Below, piece by piece: positions 8,026-18,002 of a DNA stretch of 21,752 nt. The DNA comes from a bacterium (GTDB taxonomy: Bacteria; JAHJDO01). The position numbers and the translations under genes are program-made. The stretch spans positions 1-21,752 of the forward strand of contig JBDRTG010000031.1 of assembly GCA_043824255.1 (NCBI GenBank), read 5' to 3'. How positions within the stretch are numbered: position 1 is the first letter of the stretch; each line of letters begins with the position of its first letter. The notes beneath the pieces are model-generated. The model saw nothing but the letters and a program-made list of their open reading frames with translations. It was not told the DNA's origin and did no database searches.

Positions 8026-8588
8026 TTCTTTTTCTCTTTTTCCAGAAACCAGTTTAATGCTTTAACTGATCTAGGATGAATTAGCACTTTTTTCTTTACT
8101 AAATATGGAATCTTCTTTCTTAGAATGAAGAGCATTGCCTTGTCTATATCTTTCTCTGCTGCTTTTCTTGCATCTACTACTCCTTTATGACCTCTGGCTA
8201 ATTCAATAAAATCTGCTACATATATAATTTTTGCGATATCTGACATCTCAGGAACTGCTGTTGTATGATATCGTATTGCGCTCAATATTTGAGGATCTGC
8301 TATTCCAAAAAGAACACCGGCGAGTTTACTGCCAACCGGCGCATGAAGCAGAGCCTCTGTCCTTAATTCAAGCCCATCAACAGGAATCTTATGTTTTTCA
8401 ACGTCATATATCAGTTCATTATATGACATTGATTTTGCGCAATCATGAAGAAGAGCCGCAAGCCCAACCTTCTTCTTTGAAACACCAAATCTTCTTGCTA
8501 AGTCTAACGCCGTTTCACATGTTGAAAGAGAGTGAGCATATGTTTCACGAGTAAGCATTTCTTTGAGTTTCTTCTTAATATTGTCCAT
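8022..8588 (-). CDS. yqeK: HD-domain hydrolase, YqeK (Ap4A hydrolase) family
   Basis: HSL, LLHDCAK, LLHAPVG, AIRYHTT and IYVADFIE. It has an ATGA overlap with argS. Confidence 0.88.
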   Translation of the reverse strand: MDNIKKKLKEMLTRETYAHSLSTCETALDLARRFGVSKKKVGLAALLHDCAKSMSYNELIYDVEKHKIPVDGLELRTEALLHAPVGSKLAGVLFGIADPQILSAIRYHTTAVPEMSDIAKIIYVADFIELARGHKGVVDARKAAEKDIDKAMLFILRKKIPYLVKKKVLIHPRSVKALNWFLEKEKKK

Positions 8589-8611
8589 GGCTTTTATTGA
8601 GTATTTACGGC

Positions 8612-8670
8612 ATTATATCATTTTGTTAGTATAAGACAATATTGTAATGGAATCACCCATCTGCTAATAT
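8612..8670. promoter_or_regulatory. Back-to-back candidate sigma70 promoters for yqeK-argS (minus) and the glycosyltransferase (plus)
   Basis: Minus: TTGTCT (8639-8634), 16 bp, TATAAT (8617-8612) with TGn. Plus: TTGTAA (8642-8647), 17 bp, TAATAT (8665-8670) with TGn. The palindrome ACAATATTGT (8636-8645) spans both -35 boxes. Confidence 0.55.
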
Positions 8671-8677
8671 AATTAAA

Positions 8678-10204
8678 ATGAAAAAAGCTTATATATTCAT
8701 AGGGATCTGCATCTTTCTTCTTGCTTTCATTTCAAGTATGCTTACTGTTGTTGATTATGGTATAACCTGGGATGAACCAATCTATATTTCCTATATTCTT
8801 CATCAAGTTGATTGGCTAGATTCTCCACATCCTTTTTCAAAAACCGCAATAGAAAACTTCTGGCGATTTGAACCACATCCACCTCTTGTAAAATATGTTA
8901 TGAGTGGAGGTTTATTATTGCTACACAAGTTTATTGGTATTCTATACGCATCCAGAATACCTATGTGTCTGCTATTCTCTTTTCTCATAGCTTCTGTTTA
9001 TTTCTTTAGTCTGAAATACTACAATATTCACGCTGCTATTTTTTCTTCTTTGTCATTATTTCTTATGCCTCGTATTTTTGCACATGGACATTTCGCAGCA
9101 TATGACATTCCTATTGCTCTAGTCTGGTTCATTGTGTCATGGGCATTTATAAAAGGAACCAGTTCCATAAAATGGAGTATATATGTCGGCCTAATATCCG
9201 GACTTGCCTTATTAACAAAAGAGAACGCAGTATTTTTAATAATCCCTCTTTTATTGTGGGGGCAAATATACAAAAGAAAATTTTATGCGAGGAATACTAT
9301 CTTTATCTTTCTTCTTTCCCCTATAGTACTTATAGCACTCTGGCCAAGACTATGGTATGACCCTTTCTCTAATCTTATTAAGTTTTATCTGTATCATGTA
9401 AAACATAATCCTGTTAATGTTTTTTATCTTGGGAAAACATACGGCGCACAAATTGCTCCATGGCATTACCCATTCCTCCTTTTGATAACAACCGTCCCCC
9501 CTGCAACGCTCTTATTATCAATCTATGGGATCAGGACATATATCAGAAAACACTTTAAAGATAAAATTTTAGGCATGATCGTCATAAACATTCTATTTTT
9601 ATTAATGCTAATGTCATTGCCAATAGCTCAAAAATATGACGGCATAAGACTTTTTATGCCTGTATTCCCTTTTTTAGCTGTACTTGCAGGCGTAGGATTC
9701 TCTGAACTGCATAAAAGAATCAACATTGTTAAAAAACACAAATTTCTGCCAAATACACTTTATTTATTATTGCTCCCCGCACTAATAACTCTAATACGAA
9801 TACATCCATATCAAACTTCCTATTACAACATGTTCATTGGTGGAATTAAAGGAGCACATAAACTGGGGATGGAAACTACTTACTGGGGAGACTGCATTAC
9901 AGAAAAAACTATAAAATTTATAAATAATAATACTCCGAAAAACGGACGCGTTATATTTTGTCCGGTTGGCAGTTTTGTACCAAGATACTATAAAGAAACA
10001 GGTCTGTTGAGAAAAGACATAGAAATAGCTGACATCAATGATGAGGATTTTGATTATCTGATTCTTTTATCAAGACAGGGAATGTTTAATGACAAAGTAT
10101 GGGAAATATATAAACATGCACAGTCAATATATGAGGTATCTTATCAAGGAGTGCCTTTCTTAAAGATATACAAAAGAGATGTTCTTTCGCCCAAATCCTT
10201 TTGA
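8678..10204 (+). CDS. GT-C fold membrane glycosyltransferase (ArnT/PMT-like, GT39/GT83 type)
   Basis: Multi-pass membrane protein with GITWDEP in the first loop, HPPL, ALLTK, APWHYP and a C-terminal soluble domain. Confidence 0.85.
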   Translation: MKKAYIFIGICIFLLAFISSMLTVVDYGITWDEPIYISYILHQVDWLDSPHPFSKTAIENFWRFEPHPPLVKYVMSGGLLLLHKFIGILYASRIPMCLLFSFLIASVYFFSLKYYNIHAAIFSSLSLFLMPRIFAHGHFAAYDIPIALVWFIVSWAFIKGTSSIKWSIYVGLISGLALLTKENAVFLIIPLLLWGQIYKRKFYARNTIFIFLLSPIVLIALWPRLWYDPFSNLIKFYLYHVKHNPVNVFYLGKTYGAQIAPWHYPFLLLITTVPPATLLLSIYGIRTYIRKHFKDKILGMIVINILFLLMLMSLPIAQKYDGIRLFMPVFPFLAVLAGVGFSELHKRINIVKKHKFLPNTLYLLLLPALITLIRIHPYQTSYYNMFIGGIKGAHKLGMETTYWGDCITEKTIKFINNNTPKNGRVIFCPVGSFVPRYYKETGLLRKDIEIADINDEDFDYLILLSRQGMFNDKVWEIYKHAQSIYEVSYQGVPFLKIYKRDVLSPKSF

Positions 10205-10229
10205 CAAAACTAGAGTGAGTTGGTATAGT
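10201..10229 (+). promoter_or_regulatory. Near-consensus sigma70 promoter for the pta-rpmF-plsX operon
   Basis: TTGACA (10201-10206), 17 bp, TATAGT (10224-10229) with a TGn extension. The -35 overlaps the upstream TGA stop. Confidence 0.75.
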
Positions 10230-10258
10230 GTGAGTCCTCTTAAACAGGAAAATCTGAT

Positions 10259-11254
10259 ATGAATTTAATAGAAGAAATCAGAAATAAAGCAAAGTCTGAC
10301 AGGAAGAAAATAGTCTTGCCTGAGTCACAGGATTTAAGAGTAATACAAGCTGCATCCATACTGGAAAAAGAGAAGATTGCTGACCCTATCCTATTAGGAA
10401 AAAGAGAGAATATAATTAAGACAGCAAAACATGCTGGTATAAATATAGAAAACGTGAAAGTAATTGATCCAGAACAAAAAGTAACAGATGAAGACATTGA
10501 ATTGTTTTATAATATGAGGAAACATAAAGGCATAAGTAAGGAAGATGCCTGTACACTAATTAAGCAGCCTCTATTATACGCTGCTTTGATGGTGAGAAAA
10601 GACATGGCTGATGGTTCAGTAGCAGGAGCAGTAAATACTACTGCAAATACACTGCGCGCTGCAATATGGCTAATAGGCCCTGCAAATGGTATAAAAGTAG
10701 TCTCAAGCTGCTTTGTTATGATTGTTCCAGACTGCGTTTATGGAGAGCATGGTGTTTTTATATATGCTGATGCAGGTATTGTGCCAGATCCAACCTCTGA
10801 AGAGCTTGCTAGTATTGCCATAGCATCCGCAAAAACAGCCCGTATGTTCATAAAATCTGAGCCAAGGGTTGCTATGCTCTCATTCTCAACAAAGGGAAGC
10901 GCATCTCATGTTCTTATTGATAAAGTAATAAAAGCTACTGAGCTTGCAAAAAAAATGTGTCCTGATTTACGAATTGACGGAGAGCTACAAGCAGATGCTG
11001 CTATTGTTCCTGAAATTGCAAAAAGAAAGTCTTCTCAAAGCAATGTTGCAGGAAAAGCGAATGTACTAATATTCCCAAACCTAGAAGCAGGTAACATATC
11101 GTACAAATTAACTCAATACTTAGCAAAAGCACAAGCATTAGGTCCCCTGCTGCAGGGACTTCGGAAACCAGCGCACGATTTATCTAGAGGATGTAGTATA
11201 GACGATATTGTTAACATCTCTGCTATTGCAGCAATACAGGCTCACTCTGCATAG
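10259..11254 (+). CDS. pta: Phosphate acetyltransferase (short class I form)
   Basis: IVLPES, AMLSFSTKGS, IDGELQADAA, FPNLEAGNISYK and DLSRGCS. Confidence 0.95.
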   Translation: MNLIEEIRNKAKSDRKKIVLPESQDLRVIQAASILEKEKIADPILLGKRENIIKTAKHAGINIENVKVIDPEQKVTDEDIELFYNMRKHKGISKEDACTLIKQPLLYAALMVRKDMADGSVAGAVNTTANTLRAAIWLIGPANGIKVVSSCFVMIVPDCVYGEHGVFIYADAGIVPDPTSEELASIAIASAKTARMFIKSEPRVAMLSFSTKGSASHVLIDKVIKATELAKKMCPDLRIDGELQADAAIVPEIAKRKSSQSNVAGKANVLIFPNLEAGNISYKLTQYLAKAQALGPLLQGLRKPAHDLSRGCSIDDIVNISAIAAIQAHSA

Positions 11255-11303
11255 GATTAAGTTGTAAGTTAAATAAAGATTTAATGAAAAAAGGAGAATA
11301 ACA

Positions 11304-11489
11304 GTGGCACTTCCAAAAAGGAAATTTTCAAAATCGAGACGGGATAAAAAACGCACACATAAAAAGTTATCATTACCTGCAATGGCTACATGTTCACATT
11401 GCAGTCAGGTCAAATCTCCACACAGAGTTTGTCCTCATTGTGGGTACTACAATGGTAAAAAAGTAGTCGAAATTAAGAAGGCTTCATAA
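11304..11489 (+). CDS. rpmF: 50S ribosomal protein L32 (zinc-binding form)
   Basis: MALPKRKFSKSRRDKKRTH, CxxC...HRVCPHCGYY. GTG start with SD AAGGAG. Confidence 0.97.
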   Translation: MALPKRKFSKSRRDKKRTHKKLSLPAMATCSHCSQVKSPHRVCPHCGYYNGKKVVEIKKAS

Positions 11490-11490
11490 T

Positions 11491-12477
11491 ATGAAAATAG
11501 CAGTAGATGTTATGGGCTCTGATAAAGGTCCTTCTGTAGTTATACAAGGAGCGTTAGATGCTGCTAAAAAACAGACCTTTGACCTTGTACTAGTTGGCGA
11601 CGAGAAAATAATAAAAGGAGAGTTAATACAACATGGATATACGGGTTCTAATATCCAGATTAAACATGCATCTGAAATCATAGCAATGCATGAACCTCCT
11701 TCTCAGGCTATCAGGCGAAAAAAGGATTCATCTATGATTAAAGCTGTAGTCTTGGTTAAAAACAAAGAAGCGGACGCTGTAGTATCAGCTGGCAATACAG
11801 GAGCATACATGGCATCCGCTGCAATCTACATAAGAACAATAGAAGGTATAGAGCGCCCGGCAATTGCTATCTTGATGCCTACTATAAGTGATGCTTCCCT
11901 ACTGCTTGATGCAGGCGCAAATGTGGACTGTAGCCCTTTGAACCTTTGCCAATTTGCAATAATGGGAAGTGAATACAGCAGGTATATCTTAAAAAGAGGA
12001 ACTCCCAAAGTAGGTCTTTTAAATATTGGAGAAGAGGAACATAAAGGAAACGACTTAACAAAAAAAACGTATGCGGAACTAAAAAAAGCGTCAATTAACT
12101 TTGTTGGCAATGTAGAGGGAAGAGATATTTTTAATGGTAAGGTGGACGTTATTGTTTGTGACGGTTTTATTGGCAATATAATCCTTAAAGCTACTGAAGG
12201 ACTGGGAGAAAATATATATCTTAAATTACGCAATGAGCTGAAAAGTAATTTTCTATCTAAAATTGGAGCTATGTTGAGTATGGGCGCTTATAAGAACTTC
12301 AAAAAAAGCCTGAACTATGCGGAATATGGTGGTGCTCCTTTTCTTGGAATTAACGGTGTATGTATAAAAGCTCATGGCAATTCTTCTTCTCTGGCTATCA
12401 AAAACAGCATTTTAGTAGCTGAGAAATTCGTAAACAACCATGTTAATGAGCATATAAAAGAGAGGTTAAAGAACTAA
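11491..12477 (+). CDS. plsX: Phosphate acyltransferase PlsX
   Basis: IAVDVMGSD, VSAGNTGA, LDAGAN, LLNIGEEEHKG, CDGFIGN and KAHGNS. Confidence 0.96.
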   Translation: MKIAVDVMGSDKGPSVVIQGALDAAKKQTFDLVLVGDEKIIKGELIQHGYTGSNIQIKHASEIIAMHEPPSQAIRRKKDSSMIKAVVLVKNKEADAVVSAGNTGAYMASAAIYIRTIEGIERPAIAILMPTISDASLLLDAGANVDCSPLNLCQFAIMGSEYSRYILKRGTPKVGLLNIGEEEHKGNDLTKKTYAELKKASINFVGNVEGRDIFNGKVDVIVCDGFIGNIILKATEGLGENIYLKLRNELKSNFLSKIGAMLSMGAYKNFKKSLNYAEYGGAPFLGINGVCIKAHGNSSSLAIKNSILVAEKFVNNHVNEHIKERLKN

Positions 12478-12480
12478 AAA

Positions 12481-13470
12481 ATGGAGAATATTAAAGCAGG
12501 TATTTTAGGAACTGGTTTTTATGTACCAGAGAAAATTCTTACGAATGCAGACCTTGAAAAAATGATGGATACGTCTGACGAGTGGATTACAACAAGAACA
12601 GGTATAAAAGAGAGACATATAATTGATGATAAACAAACTACTTCTGACATGGCTATGTTCGCTTCTCAGGAAGCTCTTAAAAATGCAGGAGCAGATGCTG
12701 AACAAATAGATTGTATTATTCTTGCTACTATAACACCCGATATGCCATTTCCTTCCACTGCATGCATTCTTCAGAATAAGATAGGAGCCAAAACTGTGTG
12801 CGCATTTGATATAAATGCAGCATGCTGTGGCTTTATTTATGCCTTAACAATGGCAAAAAGTTTCGTCGAAAATGATACGTTTAAAAGAGTTTTAGTTGTT
12901 GCAGCAGACGCACTTTCCAGAATCACAGATTGGACAGATCGTACAACCTGTGTGTTATTTGGAGACGGGGCGGGTGCTGCTGTTATTGGACGTGCTATAA
13001 ATAACAAAAGAGTTATTCTGGACTCATACCTCGGAGCGGATGGCTCAGCCTGGGATTTATTGAATATGCCCGGTGGAGGTGCACAATTCCCTGCAACACA
13101 TAAAACTATAGATGAAAAATTGCATTTTCTAAAAATGAATGGAAATGCTGTTTTTAAACTTGCTGTTAGGGCAATGACAAATGCTGCAGAAACAGTACTT
13201 GCTAAATGCAAGCTAAAAAATAAAGATATAGATCTTGTTATTCCCCATCAGGCAAACTTGAGAATTATAAACGCCCTAGCACACAGACTCAACACTCCTC
13301 TGGAAAAAGTATGGATAAATGTTACAAGATATGGAAACGTCTCAGGCGCTTCTGTACCAATAGCAATGGCTGAAGCAGCTACTTCGGGAAAATTAAAAGA
13401 TGGACAGATAATACTCATGGATGCTTTTGGCGCTGGTCTTACATGGGCATCAGCTATTATAAGGTGGTAG
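12481..13470 (+). CDS. fabH: Beta-ketoacyl-ACP synthase III
   Basis: DTSDEWITTRTGI, AACCGF, LFGDGAGA, PHQAN, YGNVS and FGAGLTW. Confidence 0.96.
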   Translation: MENIKAGILGTGFYVPEKILTNADLEKMMDTSDEWITTRTGIKERHIIDDKQTTSDMAMFASQEALKNAGADAEQIDCIILATITPDMPFPSTACILQNKIGAKTVCAFDINAACCGFIYALTMAKSFVENDTFKRVLVVAADALSRITDWTDRTTCVLFGDGAGAAVIGRAINNKRVILDSYLGADGSAWDLLNMPGGGAQFPATHKTIDEKLHFLKMNGNAVFKLAVRAMTNAAETVLAKCKLKNKDIDLVIPHQANLRIINALAHRLNTPLEKVWINVTRYGNVSGASVPIAMAEAATSGKLKDGQIILMDAFGAGLTWASAIIRW

Positions 13471-13471
13471 A

Positions 13472-14419
13472 ATGAAGAAAATCGCATATGTATTTCCCGG
13501 ACAGGGTTCCCAATATGTTGGAATGGCAAAAGACTTCTACCATAATCATTCGTGTGCTAAAGACGTTTTTCAATGTGCAAATAAAATTCTCAAATATGAT
13601 ATTGCAAAATTATGTTTTGAAGGCCCTATAGAAAACCTGAGCGCTACAGAGAATTGTCAGCCAGCAATACTTACAGCGAGTATTGCCTGTTTGGTTGTGC
13701 TTGATGAACTTCTTAAAAGAGAATCTGTTTCTTCTGTTGCAGGCCACAGTTTGGGGGAATACTCTGCTCTGGTAGCTGCAAACGCATTGGATCTGGAATC
13801 CGCATTACTGCTTGTCAAAAAGAGAGGGCTATTTATACAGGAAGCATCTCAGCAACACCCTGGAACAATGGCAGCAATTATTGGATTAGATGCAAAACAA
13901 GTAAAAAATATTTGCAAGATCTCCTCTAAATATGGAATTGTACAGATTGCTAATTACAACTGTCCAGGACAAATTGTCATATCAGGTGAACATAAAGCTG
14001 TTGATAAAGCAATGGAGGAAGCCATTTCCACAGGAGCGCGAAAAACAATTAAGCTAGCAGTGAGCGGTCCGTTTCACTCACGTCTAATGCAATCTGCAGA
14101 GGAAAAATTATATGATGAACTGCAAAATTACAACATTAAAAATGCAAATATTCCTGTATATGCAAATGTTTATGCAAAACCGATAACACAGCCCTCTGAT
14201 ATAAAAGAGGCATTGACTAAACAGATAACAGGCTCTGTACTATGGGAAGACTCAATTAAAAATATGATATCAGCAGGAATTAGAACATTTATCGAAGTAG
14301 GACCAAAGAGAGTATTATCAGGACTTATTTCAAGAATTGATAAGAGTATTCAGATACTCAATGTAGAAGACGAAAAAAGCCTGAATAAGACAAAAACCAT
14401 CCTAAGTAGTACAGATTAG
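13472..14419 (+). CDS. fabD: Malonyl-CoA:ACP transacylase
   Basis: FPGQGSQ, GHSLGEY, ANYNCPGQIVISG and GPFHS. Confidence 0.96.
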   Translation: MKKIAYVFPGQGSQYVGMAKDFYHNHSCAKDVFQCANKILKYDIAKLCFEGPIENLSATENCQPAILTASIACLVVLDELLKRESVSSVAGHSLGEYSALVAANALDLESALLLVKKRGLFIQEASQQHPGTMAAIIGLDAKQVKNICKISSKYGIVQIANYNCPGQIVISGEHKAVDKAMEEAISTGARKTIKLAVSGPFHSRLMQSAEEKLYDELQNYNIKNANIPVYANVYAKPITQPSDIKEALTKQITGSVLWEDSIKNMISAGIRTFIEVGPKRVLSGLISRIDKSIQILNVEDEKSLNKTKTILSSTD

Positions 14420-14438
14420 AAATCACAAGTAGGTTCAT

Positions 14439-15452
14439 ATGTCAAAAGCTATTTTCATGAATGCTCTTAAGCGCAAAGGCAGGGACGTTCCTGCTTCAGG
14501 CCCCGGAACATCCATCGTTTCCATAGAATTGATGGATTATATCGGTGTAACCTTTCCTGAAGCTCATATTGATAGTGAGAAAATGGCTAGACTCGCAGAA
14601 GCAGGACATACAGTATATAGTTTTGATGTAGTGATGCCTTTATTTTCCGTCTGGCATGAGTCTGCCGCACTCGGATGCCCCGTGGACTGGGGCAAAAAAA
14701 ATTTAATGCCAGATTGTAGGAGACATATCTGGAAAGATGATACAGATATAAAAATACCTTCTGATTTTCTTAATAAGCCAGGGTGCAAAGTACCCCTGGA
14801 AGCAATAAAAATGTTGAAAGAAAGATTAGGTAATGAGGCTGCTATATGTGGAAAGGTTTTTGGCCCGTGGACATTAGGATATCATGTTTTCGGTGTTCAG
14901 GAATTTCTTGTAAATACCTTACTTAAGCCAGACATGATTAAAAGAGCTATGGAAAAGTTAAAGCAGGTTACAGTTACATTTGCAAATGCACAAATTGAGG
15001 CAGGAGCAGATTGTATTTTGGTTGGCGATCATGCCACAAGAGATTTGTGCAGTCCTAAGGCATACAGAGATTTCCTCAAAGATATTCATTCTGAATTAGT
15101 TGATAAAATCCCACGCCCACTTATACTACATATTTGTGGTGATACTTCTGATAGAATAAGTATAATATCAGAGACCGGTATACCATGTTTTCATTGGGAT
15201 ACAAAACTTGGCGATCCAAAGAAAACAAGAACACTTGCAGGTGAGAAGATGTCTTTAATGGGAGGTATAAATAACCCTAATACATTGAGAAAAGGAACAA
15301 AGAATCAAATAAAAGAAGCTATAGTAAAAAATATTAATGCAGGAATTGATATTATTGCTCCTGAGTGTGCAGTTCCTCTTGATACTCCAATGAATAATCT
15401 AAAAATAATAGGTGAATTTGTAAAAAAGTATCGTTCAGAAAAATTAACATAG
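14439..15452 (+). CDS. MtaA/CmuA-family methylcobamide methyltransferase (UroD superfamily)
   Basis: FPEAH, ESAALGC, GPWTLG, QIEAGAD, zinc-ligand motif LHICGD and C-terminal APEC. Confidence 0.82.
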   Translation: MSKAIFMNALKRKGRDVPASGPGTSIVSIELMDYIGVTFPEAHIDSEKMARLAEAGHTVYSFDVVMPLFSVWHESAALGCPVDWGKKNLMPDCRRHIWKDDTDIKIPSDFLNKPGCKVPLEAIKMLKERLGNEAAICGKVFGPWTLGYHVFGVQEFLVNTLLKPDMIKRAMEKLKQVTVTFANAQIEAGADCILVGDHATRDLCSPKAYRDFLKDIHSELVDKIPRPLILHICGDTSDRISIISETGIPCFHWDTKLGDPKKTRTLAGEKMSLMGGINNPNTLRKGTKNQIKEAIVKNINAGIDIIAPECAVPLDTPMNNLKIIGEFVKKYRSEKLT

Positions 15453-15461
15453 GAGAACAAA

Positions 15462-15905
15462 ATGAATGTTGTTTTAAAACAAGATATTGACAAATTAGGA
15501 AGCACAGGAGATATAGTGAGAGTAGCAGACGGCTATGGCAGAAACTATCTATTACCACATGGATTAGCCATTAAAGCAACTGCCGGTGCTGAGAAAGTTG
15601 CAGAACAGATTAAAAAAGCTAAAGGAAGAAAAACACAGGAGGAAAAAGCAGGATTTGAAGAGACAGCAAAAAAACTTTCCAGTTTATCTTTAACAATTCC
15701 TGTTCAAGTTGGAGAAGATGAAAAAATGTATGGCTCTGTCACTTCTATTGATATTGCAAATATGCTGAAGCAGGAGGGGATAGAAATTGATAAGAAGATT
15801 ATCGCACTAAAAGAGCCCATCAAAAAGCTGGGTATTTTTAACATTCAGATCAAACTTCATCCAGAAGTGACAGCAGAAGTAAAAACATGGGTGGTAAAGG
15901 CATAA
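15462..15905 (+). CDS. rplI: 50S ribosomal protein L9
   Basis: LGSTGDIVRVADGYGRNYLLP, KMYGSVT and KLHPEV. SD AGGAG. Confidence 0.97.
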   Translation: MNVVLKQDIDKLGSTGDIVRVADGYGRNYLLPHGLAIKATAGAEKVAEQIKKAKGRKTQEEKAGFEETAKKLSSLSLTIPVQVGEDEKMYGSVTSIDIANMLKQEGIEIDKKIIALKEPIKKLGIFNIQIKLHPEVTAEVKTWVVKA

Positions 15906-15906
15906 T

Positions 15907-16887
15907 TTGTTCGTTGATGATGTCACTATACATGTGAAAGCCGGAGATGGTGGTAACGGATGCATGAGCTTCCGCAGGGAAAAATATGTTCCCAAAGGAG
16001 GCCCTGACGGGGGAGATGGCGGAAAAGGCGGAGATATCATTATTGAAGCTGTCCCCCATCAAAGAACTCTTATCAGTTTTCTTCATAAAAAACATATCAA
16101 AGCCAAACATGGCCAACATGGCAAAGGCAAAAAAATGTTTGGTAGAAACAGTCCTGACATCATATTAGAGGTGCCTGTTGGAACAATTATAAAAGAGCAT
16201 AACAGAACTATTGCAGATTTATGTCATCATGCTGATAGGGTCATAGTTGCGCGTGGTGGAAGAGGAGGAAAGGGAAATGCCAAATTTGCCACATCTACTA
16301 AACGTGCTCCGCGAATCGCAGAACAAGGGGTAAAAGGTGAAGAAAAAGATATTAGATTAGAGCTGCGCCTAATCGCTGATGTTGGGCTGGTTGGATATCC
16401 AAATTCAGGAAAATCCACTTTGCTTTCCCGCATATCACATGCCAGGCCTAAAATAGCTAATTATCCCTTTACCACTATAGAGCCACTTTTAGGAGTTATA
16501 GAAGTACATGACTCATCCTTTGTAGCTGCTGATATCCCGGGATTAATAGAAGGTGCACACAAGGGAAAAGGCATGGGAAACAAGTTTTTGGCTCATATAA
16601 GCAGAACAAAAATCATTCTGCATCTTATTGATATGTCTGATGAAAACTCGTATTCAAAATTTAATGCTGTTAATAAAGAGTTATCTCTATATAATTTAGG
16701 TGATCGAGCCCAAATAATAGTTGCTAATAAGATGGACATAATTACTGCACAAAACAACCTTAAGGATTTTAAAAAAAAGTTGCATTCAAAGGAGATATTT
16801 GCTATTTCTGCACTTACTGGAGAGGGAGTAAAAAAGTTAATCTATTACACTGATAAACTACTGAACAATGAAGAGAGACAACTATGA
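15907..16887 (+). CDS. obgE: GTPase ObgE/CgtA (short form without C-terminal extension)
   Basis: FRREKYVPKGGPDGGDGG, GYPNSGKS, YPFTT, DIPGLIEGA and NKMD. TTG start 1 bp after the rplI stop. Confidence 0.96.
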   Translation: MFVDDVTIHVKAGDGGNGCMSFRREKYVPKGGPDGGDGGKGGDIIIEAVPHQRTLISFLHKKHIKAKHGQHGKGKKMFGRNSPDIILEVPVGTIIKEHNRTIADLCHHADRVIVARGGRGGKGNAKFATSTKRAPRIAEQGVKGEEKDIRLELRLIADVGLVGYPNSGKSTLLSRISHARPKIANYPFTTIEPLLGVIEVHDSSFVAADIPGLIEGAHKGKGMGNKFLAHISRTKIILHLIDMSDENSYSKFNAVNKELSLYNLGDRAQIIVANKMDIITAQNNLKDFKKKLHSKEIFAISALTGEGVKKLIYYTDKLLNNEERQL

Positions 16888-18002
16888 ATAGAAAAGAGCT
16901 AACCAAGAGCGCTAAGTGCATTGTTATTAAGATAGGCACGTATGTACTAACCTCAGATACAGGGTTAAATAGAGCAAGAATATCCAATATTGCCGAGGAA
17001 ATAGTGGAACTGCGAAAACAAAATATTAAAATAATTATTGTGTCTTCAGGTGCTATAGGTGCAGGTATGAAGGCTTTGGGCATTAGGAAGCATTCATTGA
17101 CAATATCAAAAAAGCAAGCCGTTGCTGCTGTAGGGCAGAATGAGCTAATGCATACTTATAAAGAGATCTTCAAAAAAAGAGGATACCATACTGCGCAAAT
17201 TCTGCTCACAAGAGACGACTTTAAGTCCAGACTTAGATACCTCAATATACGCAATACAATAATGGAACTGTTTAAAGAGAATGTTATTCCTATTGTTAAT
17301 GAAAACGACACTGTTGCAACTGAGGAAATTAAGTTTGGGGATAATGATACTCTTTCTGCACTTGTTGCCAATCTCTTGGATGCAGACCTTTTAATTATGC
17401 TTTCTAATATTGATGGACTGTTTACTATTGATCCTAAAAAAGACATGAAAGCTTCTCTCATATCTGAAGTTGATAAAATCCGATCTAAAACAGAGTCGTA
17501 TGCTTCTGACTCAAAAACAGGGGTTGGAGGAATGTTGACAAAAATAATTGCAGCTAAAATGGGAACACAATCAGGTGTAACCGTAATAATAGCCAATGGG
17601 CTAAAGAAGAATACTCTTTCTAGAATAATGAATGGAGAAAAAGTCGGTACGATTTTTCTTCCAAAAATTGACAAAAGAAAAACAGGCCGAAAAAAATGGA
17701 TAGCATTTGCCCATCACGTAAAAGGAATAATTATTGTTGATAATGGAGCAAAAGAGGTTCTACTGAACAAAGGGAAAAGCCTATTATCCATAGGTATTAT
17801 TGCCTCAAAAGGAAAATATAATACAGGAGACGTAGTTGGAATTGCTGATGCCAGAGGCAGCGAATTTGCAAGAGGACTGGTTAATTATTCAGACAAAGAT
17901 GTAGCAAAAATTAAAGGGAATAAGACTTCCCAGATTGAAGATATACTCGGTTATAAGTCCTATGATGAAGTAATACATAGAGATAATCTGGTGATATTAT
18001 GA
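16884..18002 (+). CDS. proB: Glutamate 5-kinase with PUA domain
   Basis: VIKIGT, VSSGAIGAG, NENDTV, FGDNDTLS, GGMLTK and VIHRDNLV. Confidence 0.96.
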   Translation: MNRKELTKSAKCIVIKIGTYVLTSDTGLNRARISNIAEEIVELRKQNIKIIIVSSGAIGAGMKALGIRKHSLTISKKQAVAAVGQNELMHTYKEIFKKRGYHTAQILLTRDDFKSRLRYLNIRNTIMELFKENVIPIVNENDTVATEEIKFGDNDTLSALVANLLDADLLIMLSNIDGLFTIDPKKDMKASLISEVDKIRSKTESYASDSKTGVGGMLTKIIAAKMGTQSGVTVIIANGLKKNTLSRIMNGEKVGTIFLPKIDKRKTGRKKWIAFAHHVKGIIIVDNGAKEVLLNKGKSLLSIGIIASKGKYNTGDVVGIADARGSEFARGLVNYSDKDVAKIKGNKTSQIEDILGYKSYDEVIHRDNLVIL

